Shown: positions 38,789 to 51,201 of the stretch, piece after piece
Layout of the letters: every line of letters begins with the position of its first letter
Position numbering within the stretch: position 1 is the first letter of the stretch
Assembly (NCBI GenBank): GCA_030390025.1
Contig: CM059433.1
Span: 248,001-312,000 of the forward strand
DNA from: Squalus acanthias
Taxonomy: Eukaryota
Reading direction: 5' to 3'
DNA length: 64,000 nucleotides
Notes under the pieces: generated by a model
Databases searched by the model: none
What the model saw: only the letters and a program-made list of their open reading frames with translations
Told to the model about the DNA's origin: nothing
Program-made: the position numbers and the translations under genes

Positions 38789-39584
38789 GATCCCTTTAAA
38801 TATCATCACTGGAGCCGGCTTTCTGCTGCTGCACACCAGCTGAAGCTGTCGTTGCTTTCTCCAGCTGCTAAGTACATTGGCTAAAACTAAGTTGGGAGAT
38901 CAGGCGTCCAGTGAGCATTGCACACTCACTGACATCACGATCTCCATGATGGCAAACTTCCTGGCGATTGAGGTTACCAGCAACGCTACCGGCAACACCA
39001 ATATGGTGTGTGGCGCTGGAACCGGCATCAGCTGTCGTTACAGCTGTCAACAGCATTTTAGCGCCATCTCCCCCTTTAACTTTTGTGAGATGGGACCAGA
39101 ACAAAATATTAAGATGTTTATTTCTCAGACAGAAAGTGAACATACAGAGCAACTTAATTCAATCAGTACAAGTTGTCTTCATGCAACAATACAAAATAAT
39201 GAAGTTATTCTTCCCCACATCAGTGGGTTGTCTTGTTTAACTTAAACAAAATAACTTATAACTACCTTCTTGCATCTTAACCTCCTGAGTATGGGCAATA
39301 GCCTGCCCTAGAAGCTATCTGTTAAAAAATTGACTATTAAAGTGTGTTACGGTCCATATTTTATCTCTCTGTGTTGCCAACTAGAGGAGAGCCCTATGCC
39401 AGACAACCATTACCAAGCACTTGGGATCAGTGACTTCCCAACACAATGAGTGTGAGCTGTTTATCAATTACTGAGATGGGGTAATGAAGTGAAATTGTTT
39501 TCAGTCTTTCGAGAAACAGCCTCAATATTAGCATTTTAACCATCCTTTTAAAAATGTGTGTGATTAAACTTTGCTTTACCTGAC

Positions 39585-41632
39585 ATTCCAGGGAAACTAA
39601 TACTGAATCAAGGACTGGAATTCACTTAAGTTAACGTAAGCAAGAAAATAGTATTAGAAAAAATAATAGCATTAAAGACAAACAAATCCCCAGGACCTGA
39701 TGGTTTCCACCCCAGGGTTTTAAAGGAAGTAGGTGAGGAAATTACAGCTGCTTTAGCCATAATCTTACAAAATTCTCTCGATTCAGGAATTGTCCCTTTA
39801 GATTGGAAAATTGCAAATTTAATTCCATTATTTAAGAAAGGTAAGAGAGAGAAGCCAGGAAATGACTGACCTGTTAGTTTAAAATCTGTTGTGGGGAAGT
39901 TATTGGAATTTATAATTAAGGACAGAGTGACTGAGCACTTACAGAAATTTGAGCTGATCAGAGAGAGAGCCAACATGGATTTTTAAGGGTCATGTCTAGT
40001 CATAGAATCATAGAAATTTACGGCACAGAAGGAGGCCATTTGGCCCATCATGTCTGTGCCGGCCAAAAAAGAGCTAACCAGCCTAATCCCACTTTCCAGC
40101 TCTTGGTCCGTAGCCCTGTAGGTTACTGGATTCTCCATAGCCCTCTACCCCAGAGGGCTGTGGAGGCTCAGTCATTGGGTATATTCAAAACAGAAGTCGA
40201 TAGATTTCTGACCAGTAAAGGCATCAAGGGATATGGCAATAGGGTCGGTGAATGGAGTTGAGGCAGAAGATCAGCCATGATCTCATTGAATGGCGGAGCA
40301 GGCTTGAAGGGCCGAATGGACTACTCCTGCTCCTATTTCTTATGTTCTTATGTTACGGAACTTCAAGCACATAGCCAAGTACTAATGAACCTAAATGATT
40401 TTTTTTGAGGAAGTAACTAAAGTAGTAGACAGGAAAATGTCTATGGATGTAGTTTATATGGACTTCCAGAAGGCATTCAATAAGATTCCACATAAGAGAT
40501 TGTTAGCAAAAATTAAAGCTCATGGAATTGAAGACAAATTATTGACCTGGTTAGGAGATTGGTTATGCGGTAGAAGACAAATAGTAGGGATAATGGGTAT
40601 GTACTCAAATTGGAAGGAAGTAACTAGTGGTGTCTCCCAGGGATCTACGCTGGGGCCTCAACTATTCACTATATTAATGACTTAGATAACACAATAGAGA
40701 GCCATATATCCAAGTTTGTATATGACACAGGGATTGGTGGTATAGTAAGTAGTGTAGATGGGAGCATAAAATTACAAAGAGACATTGATAAATTAAGTGA
40801 GTGAGCAAAACTGTGGCAGATGGATTTCAATGCTGGTAAGTGTGAGATCATCCATTTTGGACCAAAAAAATGGATAGATCTGAGTATTTTCTAAAAGGTG
40901 AAAAGCTAGGAACAGTGGAGGTCCAAAGAGATTTAGGGATCCATGTACACAGATCACTAAAATGTAGTAGTCAGGTAGAAAAAATAATGTAAAAATGGCT
41001 AATGGAATGTTAGCCTTTATAACTAGAGGGCTAGAATATAAAGGGGAGGAAATTTTGCTACAGTTATACAAATCCCTGATTAGAACACATCTGGAGTACT
41101 GTGTAAAGTTCTGGGTATTGCACCGTAGAAATTATATATTGGCCTTGGAAGGAGAGTAGTGCAGATTCACCAGAATATTACCAGGGTTCCAAGGCTTAAA
41201 TTATGAGGAGAGATTACATAAACTAGGCTTGTATTCCCTGGAATATAGAAGGTTAGGGGGTAATATGATTGAGGTATTTAGGAATTTGAAAGGAATTGAT
41301 AGGGTAGATAATGAGAAACCTTTTCTGCTGGTGGGGAATCTAGGACAAGAGGACATAGCCTTAAAATCAGAGCCAGGCCATTCAGGAGAGAAGTTAGGAA
41401 ATGCTTCTTCATGCAAAGAGTGGTAGAAGTGTGGAACTCTCTCCCACAAAAAGCAGTAGATGGTTGCTCAATTAATAACTTTAAATCTGAAATCAATAGA
41501 TTTTTGCTAGCCAAGGATATTAAGGGATATGGAGCCAAGGCGAGTAGATGGAGTTAGGTCACAGATCAGCCATGATCCCATTGAATGGCGGAACAGGCTC
41601 AAGGGGCTGAATGGCCTATTCCTGTTCCTACG
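39585..41632 (+). mobile_element. Old CR1 LINE with two nested CR1 3' ends (40000-40380 -, 40126-40352 +)
   Basis: Stop-riddled RT (MDFQKAF, SQGSTLGP). The inner fragment is flanked by duplicated GTTAC. Confidence 0.9.
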
Positions 41633-43277
41633 TTCTTTTAAGTCCCCAACGTTTAAATGTATCTCTTTTCCAAATCCTTTCTGTGGAAACATGGTCGAAA
41701 AATTTCAAAACATGACAGATCTATAGTAAAACCGTTACATTTGCTGGACTGATAAAACAACAGTTCAGACACGGCTGTGTATGAGCAGATATGCACTGAG
41801 CTTTGAAGTAAGCTGGAGCAGCTAGTATAACTTGATAAGTGCAACCGACACAGTATTCAATGCAACTCACTCATGTTGACAGCTAAACTATAACATGGGC
41901 ATAACCCAATTGATTGCTATTTTGCATTGGGGGACAGATCAGCAACTTCTCCTACAGGGCAACTATAACATAAAACAGTTGAGTTTTATTGGACTTTCCG
42001 GGACATAGAGATAACAAATTGTTCACATGCAACTCCTCAGAATGCACATCTGTTCCACAGTCAGTAAAAGGTTGTCTAAACTTATAGTTAGTCTGTGATG
42101 TAAATGAAATGATTCATTGTGGGTTTGCTCATTTCTGGGGGTTCCAGCCACATTTTGTTCATTTTGTATTTTGTCCCATTGTTACTTTTCAGGGTTTCCA
42201 AGTAAGATGACAGCTGAGATTGGCTGTTAGGTGAGCAGGTCTGTGTTTATGTGGAGTAATACGTTCAAACAAAATGAGACAAATTTCCTAAAACCTTCCT
42301 TAAATTTTATCAATAGATTTGGATTGAAACCATGGCTGGTGATTCCTACTGCCTCTTCATCAAAACCCTGCAAACAAAAATTGCCGTGAAATACTTGTGC
42401 CACAAGGTGCAATACAGGATATGTTTCTACTGATAGATCAGAAGATCCTCTAAAGTACAGGCCTTATTGTGTCAGACACAACGGGGAAAATAATACATTC
42501 TTAGCTGTTAGGGTAATTTTAACTTTCACTGATGATGTAAAGCAAGTGATATTGGATGTGCCTCCCAATGTACAGCCTGCAAAATTTTCCTTTCCTTTTG
42601 AAGACAACAGAGAAGAAGATGGGGCAGGGAGAATAATGGGCTTCCCCTCCAATATCACCTGTTTTACAGCATCGTCGAAAGATAAAATGACTCCCAACAA
42701 CTCCATATACCTTTCTAAAGAAGAATGACTTGTTACAGGGACAGGTATTTTAAAACCAAAATGTTGGTGCTCCCCATCATGTTCATGCACCAATATTAGA
42801 CCTATCGGATTTAGGAAAGTTGTCTTAATTTCTATCACCATATATGTTTTCTTGTGCACCATTTTGGGGGCTAGGTTTTGTGTTAACAATTATTGCTGAA
42901 CTATTCTAAGTCCATTCACTGGCACATTTGACCAGTGTGTATCCTCTGCTGACGATGTCTTCATGTGCATGGCTTGATCAGTAATTTTATTACATTCCTT
43001 ATAGCAACTCTAGAGGAATTTCTCTAATATTCCATAATCCCTCAAACGTTTCTAGGACAAATTAAACATGATGTTAATCTGCAATCCTTTGTTAAAGATT
43101 TTAATGAAACTAACGCATATGACTATCTGATTAAAACTGTCTGACAAAATCACTTCAAAAATCCCTTTCTACACTTTTTAAGGAGGCACTGTATTCATGA
43201 AAAAGTGTTTGCAGACAAAAAAAGCTTGCAAAACACATTAGGCATCACAACACAACACCTCTTCACTTATATACAAT

Positions 43278-43774
43278 GGGCTGGATTTTCCCAGCTCTCA
43301 CCCACACGGTGCGGGGGGACCCGGGAGACGGCCCTAGGGCCAAGTTGTGAACCCAGGGGGTGGGTTCCAGGCCCGGGGGGGTGGGGATTCGATCCCAGGG
43401 GGGTCTGAACCCCGACCCCGGGGAGTGCCAGGCTGATGGTGGGGGAGCTTGGGGGCCGGGAGGAAGCACTCCTGCTCCTCCCGGCCCACAAGGATTGCTC
43501 CCCGAGGCTGAGGCCGCCTTGTTGCAGCCACTGGGAATCCCGAGCCCTGGGATCCCCGGCCACCTGCAGTAAAACCTGCAAAGCAGGTTAAAGGAGAGGC
43601 TTCAGGCCTCATTATATTATTTAAATTGCCAACCCGCCTCTTGGCAGCGGGTTGGCCGCCTGCCCCCCGTCCCGCCTGAGTGAAAGGTGAAAGTGGGCGA
43701 GTTGGAGGTGGGTTTGGGTTCACATTTTTTTCCAACTTTCACATTCCCCCCCCGCACCTCTGAAAATTCCGGCC
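43278..43774. mobile_element. Harbinger-type MITE, 497 bp
   Basis: TIRs GGGCTGGATTTTC / GAAAATTCCGGCC; TSD AAT. Confidence 0.85.
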
Positions 43775-44003
43775 AATATTATCATGGCATGACTACTGTT
43801 GGTTTTCTCCCTCCTAAACAATAAAAAGATTTTCTGTGAAATTAGTGTCGCTTTAAATTATATATTTTTTAACGGTGTGAGTTCACTTTTTTCTTCGGGA
43901 ATCTGCACCTTTCCTATAGACAGAACCAAATGTTGCAATAATGACATAACTGATGGTGGTCTAACCTCAAAATATCAAGACCACTTATTTATAATAGACT
44001 CAC

Positions 44004-44123
44004 CATTGATAATAGAGAAATTGCAGATACAGAAGTTTCTCGAACCACGTCCAGGGACTTCTGGCAATCAGCCAAATCACACATTCTGTAGCACCGCAAC
44101 AAAATAAGAGATCCTACAGCGAT
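44004..44123 (-). other. Candidate isolated host exon (120 nt, phase 0-0), unidentified
   Basis: ctactttag acceptor, ATG|gtgagt donor, one open frame IAVGSLILLRCYRMCDLADCQKSLDVVRETSVSAISLLSM, in non-repeat DNA. No homology recognised. Confidence 0.25.
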
Positions 44124-44373
44124 CTAAAGTAGTTTAATTGTTGCTTGGCACCCTGCTTGTTGAATGCTGTCAAAGTTCTTTATAATAGCGTTGCATAGAG
44201 TCTACAGCACAGAAACAGACCATTCGGCCCAAATGGTCTGTGCCGGCGTTGATGCCCCACACGAGCCTTCTCCCACCCTCTTCATCGCACCCCATCAACA
44301 TATCCTTCTAGTCCTTTCTCCCTCATGTGCTTATCTAGCTTCCCCTTAGATGCATCTCTGCTATTCATCTCAA

Positions 44374-44585
44374 CAACAACAACTCAGATTTATATAGCGA
44401 CTTTAACTGAGTAAAACGTCCCAAAGCACTTCACAGGAGTCTTATCAAACAAAACTTGATGCCGAGCCACATAAGGAGATGGGGTAGATTTTAAGGAGCG
44501 TCTTAGAGGAGGAAAGAGGTGAGGCAGAGAAGCTTAGGGAAGGAATTCCAGAGCTTAGGGCCTAGGCAGCTGAAGGCATGGCCAC
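44374..44585 (-). mobile_element. L2-like LINE 3' end
   Basis: (TTG)n tail, cgctatataaat motif, ctctggaattcc motif; CAAC duplicated at the flanks. Confidence 0.7.
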
Positions 44586-44727
44586 AACTATACCTTGTGG
44601 TAGCGAGTTCCACATTCTTACCACTCTCTGGGTAAAGAAATTATTCCTGAATTCCCTATTGAATTTATTAGTGACTACCTTATATTTATGACCTCTAGTT
44701 TTAGACTCACCCACAAGTGGAAACAAA

Positions 44728-45460
44728 GGGCTAGAAATTCGCCTCGTTTGCGCCTCCCGTTAGCGCCTCCGGGGACGATAACGGGTCACTACCGGCTTTG
44801 CGACCGGGCGCGGCGAGAGTACCGACGCCCGCAAAATTCCCACCAAGGTTTGCGCCAGTGGTAACCCCTAGCGCCACGATCTCCTGCACCCGGAGATCAT
44901 GAGGTCATCGTGCTGCACATCGCCCCGGTAGCGCCCCAGACCCGAAATTCAGTTCCGCCCCCTGCAGCATCGCCGGGCGACAACACCGGACAGCTGCAGG
45001 AGGCGTTGTCAGGAAGGCCGGCCGCTTGGGGAGCGGTATTTAAAGGTGATGATGGTTGTGTGAAAATGTTTTTTTCTTAATGCCTTATGTTCATTTTTCT
45101 GCATTTTCTTCAGCCGAGATCGATCAGCCCTGCACTCTGCTAGAGTGCTTGGGGCTGATCATGTCGGATTGCGGCTGCCATTGGCGATGAGGGACCTCAT
45201 TTCAATGCAGAGCCTGTAGCGATGGTCCTTCCCTTTAAGGGAGGGAAAGAGCTTCCGTTCCTGGCAGTGCTGCACCGCTACCGCCCCTCTTGCCAGCTTT
45301 AGTGCTCCATGGGAAGTGGTAGCGCTTGATTTAGCTCCACTTCCCTCTTGGAGAGCTACAGCTGAATTTCTCGGGAACCTATCATCATTAGCGCCTGGCG
45401 CTAATTTTTCAGCTTTCGAAGTTTTAGTGCCCCAAACGGGGCTATAATGAATTTCTCCCC
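44728..45460. mobile_element. Harbinger-type MITE, 733 bp
   Basis: TIRs GGGCTAGAAATTC / GAATTTCTCCCC; subterminal tgcgcctcccgttagcg and ccaaacgggg shared with 45666-49750. Confidence 0.88.
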
Positions 45461-46169
45461 CATTTTCTCTACATCTACCCTATCAAATGCTTTTGTAATC
45501 TTAAAGACCTCTATCAGGTCATTCCTCAGCCTTTTCTTTTCAAGAGGCCGCAGCATGTTTGCCCTTTCCTGATAAGTATATCCTCTCAGTTCTGGTATCA
45601 TCTGTGTGAAGCTATTTTGCACTTTCTCCAGAGCCTCTATATCCTTTTTTTAATGTGGAGACCAGGGGGGGAAATTCGGTTGGTTTGCGCCTCCCGTTAG
45701 CGTCCTAAGAGGGCGCTAATGGGGCGCAAAGCAACTAGCGCCCGGGCGCAGCGATGTTTGCACCGCCGTGAAATTAACTAGAGTTTTTGCGGTGGCGCAA
45801 AAGTTTACCGCCCCGATCTCCTGCACCCGCAGCTCGTGACGTCAGTCGAGCGTGCAATGCCCTGGTGGCGCCCCGGACCGGATATTGAGTGGAGCCCCTC
45901 TCCTTTCCGCCTGGTGCAAGTAACGACAGGGAGACTGGAACGTATCCCAGTCGGTGAGGGGCTTGGATGTGGGCGCTATTTAAAGGCGCCCTCTTCCTGG
46001 CTTTTTCTGTTGTAGACATTTTTGCACCATTCATTCTGACAGAGAGAGAGATTCTGAGAAAGAGAGAGACACTTCTGCATAGAGTCATCACTGTGTGAAG
46101 TAGTTTTGGCTACTGAGCATCACTTTGCAGGTACTTTTGGATTTGACCTTCATTACTTCGATTGCCAAG

Positions 46170-47322
46170 AGACTTTGGGGACTGCATTGATTCGGGGCGT
46201 CGTCCTGCGCCTGCAGAATCGGAGGCAACAGAGATGCAGAGAGAGAGTGGCAATCATGTCCAGACGGAGGAGGGCCAACAGGCCTCTGCACAGGAGACCT
46301 TACCCTCCCAGGGTATTCCGGGAACAATTCTCCTACATTAATTTGTCTGAGGAGCAGTGTTTGCGAAGGCTGCGCTTCAGCAAGGAGGTGGTCACTGAGC
46401 TCTGCCACCTGCTGCAGCCAGATCTGCAGCCTTAACTGAGGACCAGGACGCCTCTGTCGGTGGCAGTGAAGGTCACAGTGGCTCTGAATTTTTATGCCAC
46501 CGGCTCCTTTCAAGCAGCTACTGGGGACATCGCCAATATCTCCCAGTTCGCGGTCCATTGCTGCATCCGGCAGGTCACAAATGCCCTCGATAAAAGGAGA
46601 CGGCAGTACATCTCTTTCCCGATGACCTGGGCCAAACAGCATGAACACGCATTGGGCTTTGCGAGGATAGCGGGCTTCCCCATGGTGCAGGGCGCCATTG
46701 ACTGCACGCATGTGGCATTGCGGGCACCGCATGAGAATGCAGAGGTTTTCCGAAACCGCAAGGGGTTCCACTCCTTAAACGTCCAGTTGGTCTGTGACCA
46801 CAGGCAGCTGATACTCGCTGTCAATGCCCGCTATCCTGGCAGCAGCCACGATGCTTTCATCCTGCGCCAGACTGCTGTGCCAGAACTTTTCCAGGCACTG
46901 CATCAGCCAAGTGGTTTGCTCCTCGGGGTCAAGGGTTATCCACTCTGCACCTGGCTGATGACACCGCTCCGTAACCCCAACACCCCTGCCGAGCTGCGGT
47001 ACAATGAGAGCCATCTTGCCACCAGGAACATCATTGAGCAGACGATCGGCGTGCTCAAGCAATGGTTCCGCTGTCTGGACCACTCAGGAGGAGCCCTGCA
47101 GTACTCGCCTGAGCGAGTCTCCTTCTTCATAACCTGGCAATCCTCAGGACCCAGCCAATGCCACCAGGCCTTGGAGCACCACCAGAGGAGGAGGAAGAGG
47201 AGGAGGAAGAGGAGGAGGAAGAGGAGGAGGATGATCAGCAGCAGCACCAAGGCGGGAGGGAGGCCCACAATGTTGAACCTGCAAGGGCCGTCCGTCAACA
47301 ACTGATAACAAGCCGCTTCTAG
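46170..47322 (+). pseudogene. Harbinger (HARBI1-family) DDE transposase, inactivated
   Basis: ORFs 46106-46435 and 46460-47305 share a frame separated by one TAA. GAIDCTH, SHDAF, LLGVKGY (D>V), IEQTIG; deletion of the CCMLH region causes a frameshift before the poly-Glu tail. Start approximate. Confidence 0.93.
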
Positions 47323-47633
47323 GCCCCTACTGAGGAAATGGCTTCTGGCATGGAGAACAACATGAATGAAAGCAACCCGCAACCCCTAAGCCGACCAAGG
47401 CAGCAATGATTCCAAAGGCCAAACCTGTACATTTTGAATGCAAAAACTTTTCTTTTTTAAAAACTCTGTGTGTGTCATTTGTTCCTGACAAACTAATAGA
47501 AACAAACACAAAAAATCATTAATTAACATAACTGGTTCTCACAACCTGGAGATAATGTCCAAAACACTAAACAAAAGTTTGAACACGAACCTCGGCCTTT
47601 AATAAAAAAATTCCCAACATTTCGTCACACCTC

Positions 47634-49393
47634 CTACTTTTTGCCCTTCGAGGGTAATCTCCTTCCCTTGCGCACTTCCCCCCTTCCCACCCTACTGCTC
47701 CTCCGTAATGGGGCCCCAGTGGCTGCAGCAAGGCTGGTGGAAGGCTGCTGATTGGCAGAACCTGAGACTACAGATGCCCTTGAAGGACGGCCTCGACCTG
47801 CTCTGGGCCTGGAGGGCCCGGCTGCAGACTGCACCAACTCTGCATGGGCGCCAGCAGTCTGGGCTACAGGCGGTGGCAAGTGCAATGGGGAAGTGACAGT
47901 GGTGGCAGCAGGAATGCTGTCATCTTGAGAGAGGACAGCAACTCCCTGCTCGACCGACACACTGGCACTCCCACGGGGCAGCACCTCAGCATCCGGAGCA
48001 ATCTGCTGGAGCACAGATTGCTGGCCTGCTGCGGCGCGGTGAGAGTCCCGGGGAAATGTGTCCGAACCAGCGACAATGGCAGCAGTCAGTGCTCGCGTGG
48101 CCTCAATCTGAGTCTGCGTGAGACCAGTCTGACACGGCAGCCAGTGACTGAATTGCAGCACTAAGCATTTGCGTGGCGTCCGCCTGTGCTACAGCGAAGT
48201 GCTCCACACTCCTTGCCAGTGCATCAATGCAATCGGGCACCCTTCCCACTGCACCCATGAGCTGAGTGTGCATGTCCACTGCCTGGGTGTTCATTTCAGA
48301 GAGGAGCCGCTCCTCCTCTGTGTCCAGTGCAGCAGGACTCGCTGGCCTACTCTCCCTCCGGGGAGAAGGCCCCCCGAGCTTCCCTGGCCACATCACATTG
48401 CTGCAGCCCGCTGGGTCCCGGAGCTTCACCCTCATCAGACCCTTCCCCCCTGCTCCCCTCCAGGGAAGGCGTAGTCCCAGTGTGGGTATGAGCTTCCTCG
48501 GGAGAGGGTGGCTCTGATGCTCCAGCTTCCTCTTCCTCCTCGCCTGCTGGCTTCGCTCCCACTGGCATCTTGAGGGCCCGTCTCCTCAGCTGATGAATCA
48601 CCATCTGAAAGCAGGGAGGTACAAGAGTGGCTTTAGCATCAGGACAGGGGGCCAGTAAGGGAGCAAGGACTGGAGCGATTTAGTAAGTTGGATTGAAAGT
48701 GTCAAAGGCTGGTGTTGTGAGTGGCAAGTGGAATGAGAGAGGAGAGAAAGCTGATGACCTTACCACTGCTGTCCCGAACGGGGTTGACCTCTCCAGGGAC
48801 AACGGGACCGATCACCTGGCTTGCCACAATCCTGTGGACGCGTGTCTCAAGATCGCTGAGGGGTTGCAGCTGAGGCCGCCCTCCACCCGTCCATTGCTGC
48901 TGTCTCCTGTTATGAGATAGCTTGGCCTGCAAGAAAAAGGACGGCGTCTGAGTAAATATACAGCCATGGTCTTGCCTGATGTGCCTCCCATAATTGAATA
49001 GCCCTCACTGTATGCAAGGTGTGAAATGTGCGTGTGTGTTTCATGAAAGGGCCATAGGTGTTGGATGAGTGTTGGGCATTGGGGTTTTAAGGCCCTCTGG
49101 CCATAGAGTGAGGTTGAATTGGAGGGATGGAGAGGTATTGAAAAAAAGCCACTCACCCTGACGACCTGAGTGAGATCGTTGAACTTTTTGTGACATTGAG
49201 TATGGGTCCTGGGCACCATGCTGCTGGAGGAGACGTGCTGAGCCACCTCCCTCCACACTCTTCTGTAGTCGCACGGCAAAGGCCTCCTGGCACTCTCAGG
49301 GTACAGTATAGATCTTCTGCACTCCACCGCGCCAACCAGAGCCTCCAAGGCCTGCTCGCTGAATCGCTGAGCTCGTTCTCTCACCCTCTCCAT
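47634..49393 (-). pseudogene. Harbinger Myb/SANT-like protein, three exons (49393-49157, 48926-48764, 48604-47634)
   Basis: MERVRERAQRFSEQALEALV..WREVA..QCHKKFNDL|gtgagt; ttcttgcag|AKLSHNRR..TGGG..|gtaagg; ctttcag|; frameshifts in exon 3; basic C-terminus. Confidence 0.88.
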
Positions 49394-49954
49394 AGTCCTT
49401 GGCTGGAAAATGTAGTCACAGGTCTCTCCAGGCCAAGATTCAAGGCTCCAATGAGCAGGGTGTGGCTGGAGTGCAAGATCGACCATCCCCTTTAAGAACT
49501 GGCGCCAATGTGTCTGTGTTCCATCGCTGACTGACATCACCTGCGCTGCGCCCGCGCTCTGAGTTAGCGCCTCGCTCCTTGGCCTTTGCGCCTTAAGACA
49601 GGTGTGCAGCGCCTGATTTAGCGCTCCAATCACCTCCAGGGGCGATAAAAGCCAAGTTTGCAGTCGGAGACGATAATTAGCGCCAGGCGCTAAACTTTGC
49701 GCCCAGCCGATAATTGCGCCCCAAACGGGGCGATACTGAATTTATTCCCCTAGAACTCTGCACAATACTCCAAGTGTGGTCTAACCAAGGTTCTACACAA
49801 GTTTAATATAACTTCCCTGCTTTTCAATTCTATCCCTCTAGAAATGAGTCCCAGTAGTTGGTTTGCCTTTTTATGGCCTCATTAACTTACTTTGAGTGAT
49901 TTGTGTATCTGTACCCCTAGATCCCTTTGCCCCTCTACCCCATTTAAACTCTTA

Positions 49955-50727
49955 GGGGGAAAAATTCAGCTGCTTGCGCCTCCCGTTAGCGCCTTAAGAG
50001 GGCGCTAATGGGGCGTAAAGCAGCTAACGCCCGGGCGCAGCGCCGCCCACGCCTCCCGAAAAATTTAGTGGGAGGTTAGTGGCGGCGGCAGCCGGTAGCG
50101 CCCTGTGGCGCTGCGCCGCCGGCGATGACGTCATCGCCATGCGCAGCACCCCGCTCGTGCCCCGGCCGTGATCTTCAGTCGCGCCCCCTGATTTACCGCC
50201 AGACGCTATGTCCGACGGGTTCAGGGAGGCGTACGTGCGGCCGGGGCGGCGATATTTAAAGGGGAGGTGGCAGGCGGCCATTTTTGTTGCTGGCCGCCTG
50301 CCAGCACCTGCCCCCATTGCTGTCCCCGGCCCCCGTGAAGCCCCCCCACCGTGAAGTGCCGGCTGCGCTCCAAGAGCCCGGCACTTCTCTTGAGTGCCGG
50401 GCTCTTTTGCCGGCACTCCCGATCCCTGGGGGCCCAGCTGGGCCCCGGTTCGCGCTGCGCAGGGTCCCTCCCCTTTAAGAAGGGGAGGAAGGCCTGCAAT
50501 ACCGCGGCGCGACGTGCCGCAGCGCGTGGCGCTGCGGCACGTAGCGCCAGGATATTCACTCGCAGCGCCCCAAGAGGGATGCGGGGTGCTTCCAGTGGCG
50601 CCCCGCTTCCCTCTTGGGGCGCAACCACTGAAGTTCCGGCGCGGGGCCGCTAATTTTTTCGGGGCGCTAAAAGTCGCGCCCCGGCGAGGTTAGCGCCCCA
50701 AATGGGGCGCGACTCAATTTTTACCCC
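49955..50727. mobile_element. Harbinger-type MITE, 773 bp, CpG-rich
   Basis: TIRs GGGGGAAAAATT / AATTTTTACCCC; perfect TTA TSD; first ~90 bp closely match 45666-45750. Confidence 0.92.
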
Positions 50728-51201
50728 TTATTTTCCAAGCAGTATGTGGCTTCCTCATTCTTCTTGCCAAAATGCACCACCTCACCAATACCAGCACACC
50801 TATGTAGCAGGCACATTAGAAACAAGTCATCAGTGCGTTACATCTTACACCTCCCTCCAATCATGCTCTACCTTCCTCTACATCCCCAACCTCAAACTGT
50901 CGCTACCTTTCTCCACCCCCTCTCGCCCTCCAATCCTGCTCTACCTCCCCATGCACCCCAACTCCACTTTATTTCCCCTCCTCTGGCCTCCAGGGTTCTC
51001 CTTTGGTCCTGCTCCAATTATTTCCCCCGCCCCCACCCCCCCCCCCAGCTGATCTCTAATGTCACTTAACCAAAAACTGCACCTGGTATTAATGACTTAG
51101 ACTTGGGTGTACAGGACACAATTTCAAAATTTGCAGATGACACAAAACTTGGAAGTATAGTGAACAGTGAGGAGGAGAGTGATAGACTTCAGGAAGACAT
51201 A

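Larger units (their letters stand above)
36151..39075. mobile_element. Internally deleted PIF/Harbinger transposon
   Basis: Left TIR GGGCTAGAAATTC; Myb exon on +, transposase on -; right TIR not found. Confidence 0.85.
45666..49750. mobile_element. Near full-length PIF/Harbinger DNA transposon, ~4.1 kb
   Basis: TIRs GGGGGGAAATTCGG / CTGAATTTATTCCCC; 3-bp TSD CAG/TAG within the host CR1; two convergent genes. Confidence 0.93.
44194..50785 (-). mobile_element. Old CR1 LINE fragmented by four nested insertions
   Basis: Colinear CR1 pieces at 44194-44373, 44586-44727, 45461-45665, 49751-49954 and 50728-50785. Confidence 0.85.

Noticed and set aside
42190..42889. ORFs and splice-like sites in unique DNA
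   Set aside because: No recognisable domain and no consistent exon chain on either strand.
46170..47322. Domesticated HARBI1/NAIF1 host genes
   Set aside because: Enclosed by TIRs and a TSD, present in several copies in the window, and carrying a stop and a catalytic mutation.
48590..48612. CTGATGA..GAAA motif
   Set aside because: No stem II pairing; it overlaps the Myb exon 3 acceptor.
50024..50693. Overlapping 100-135 aa ORFs
   Set aside because: Artefact of high GC content within a MITE.
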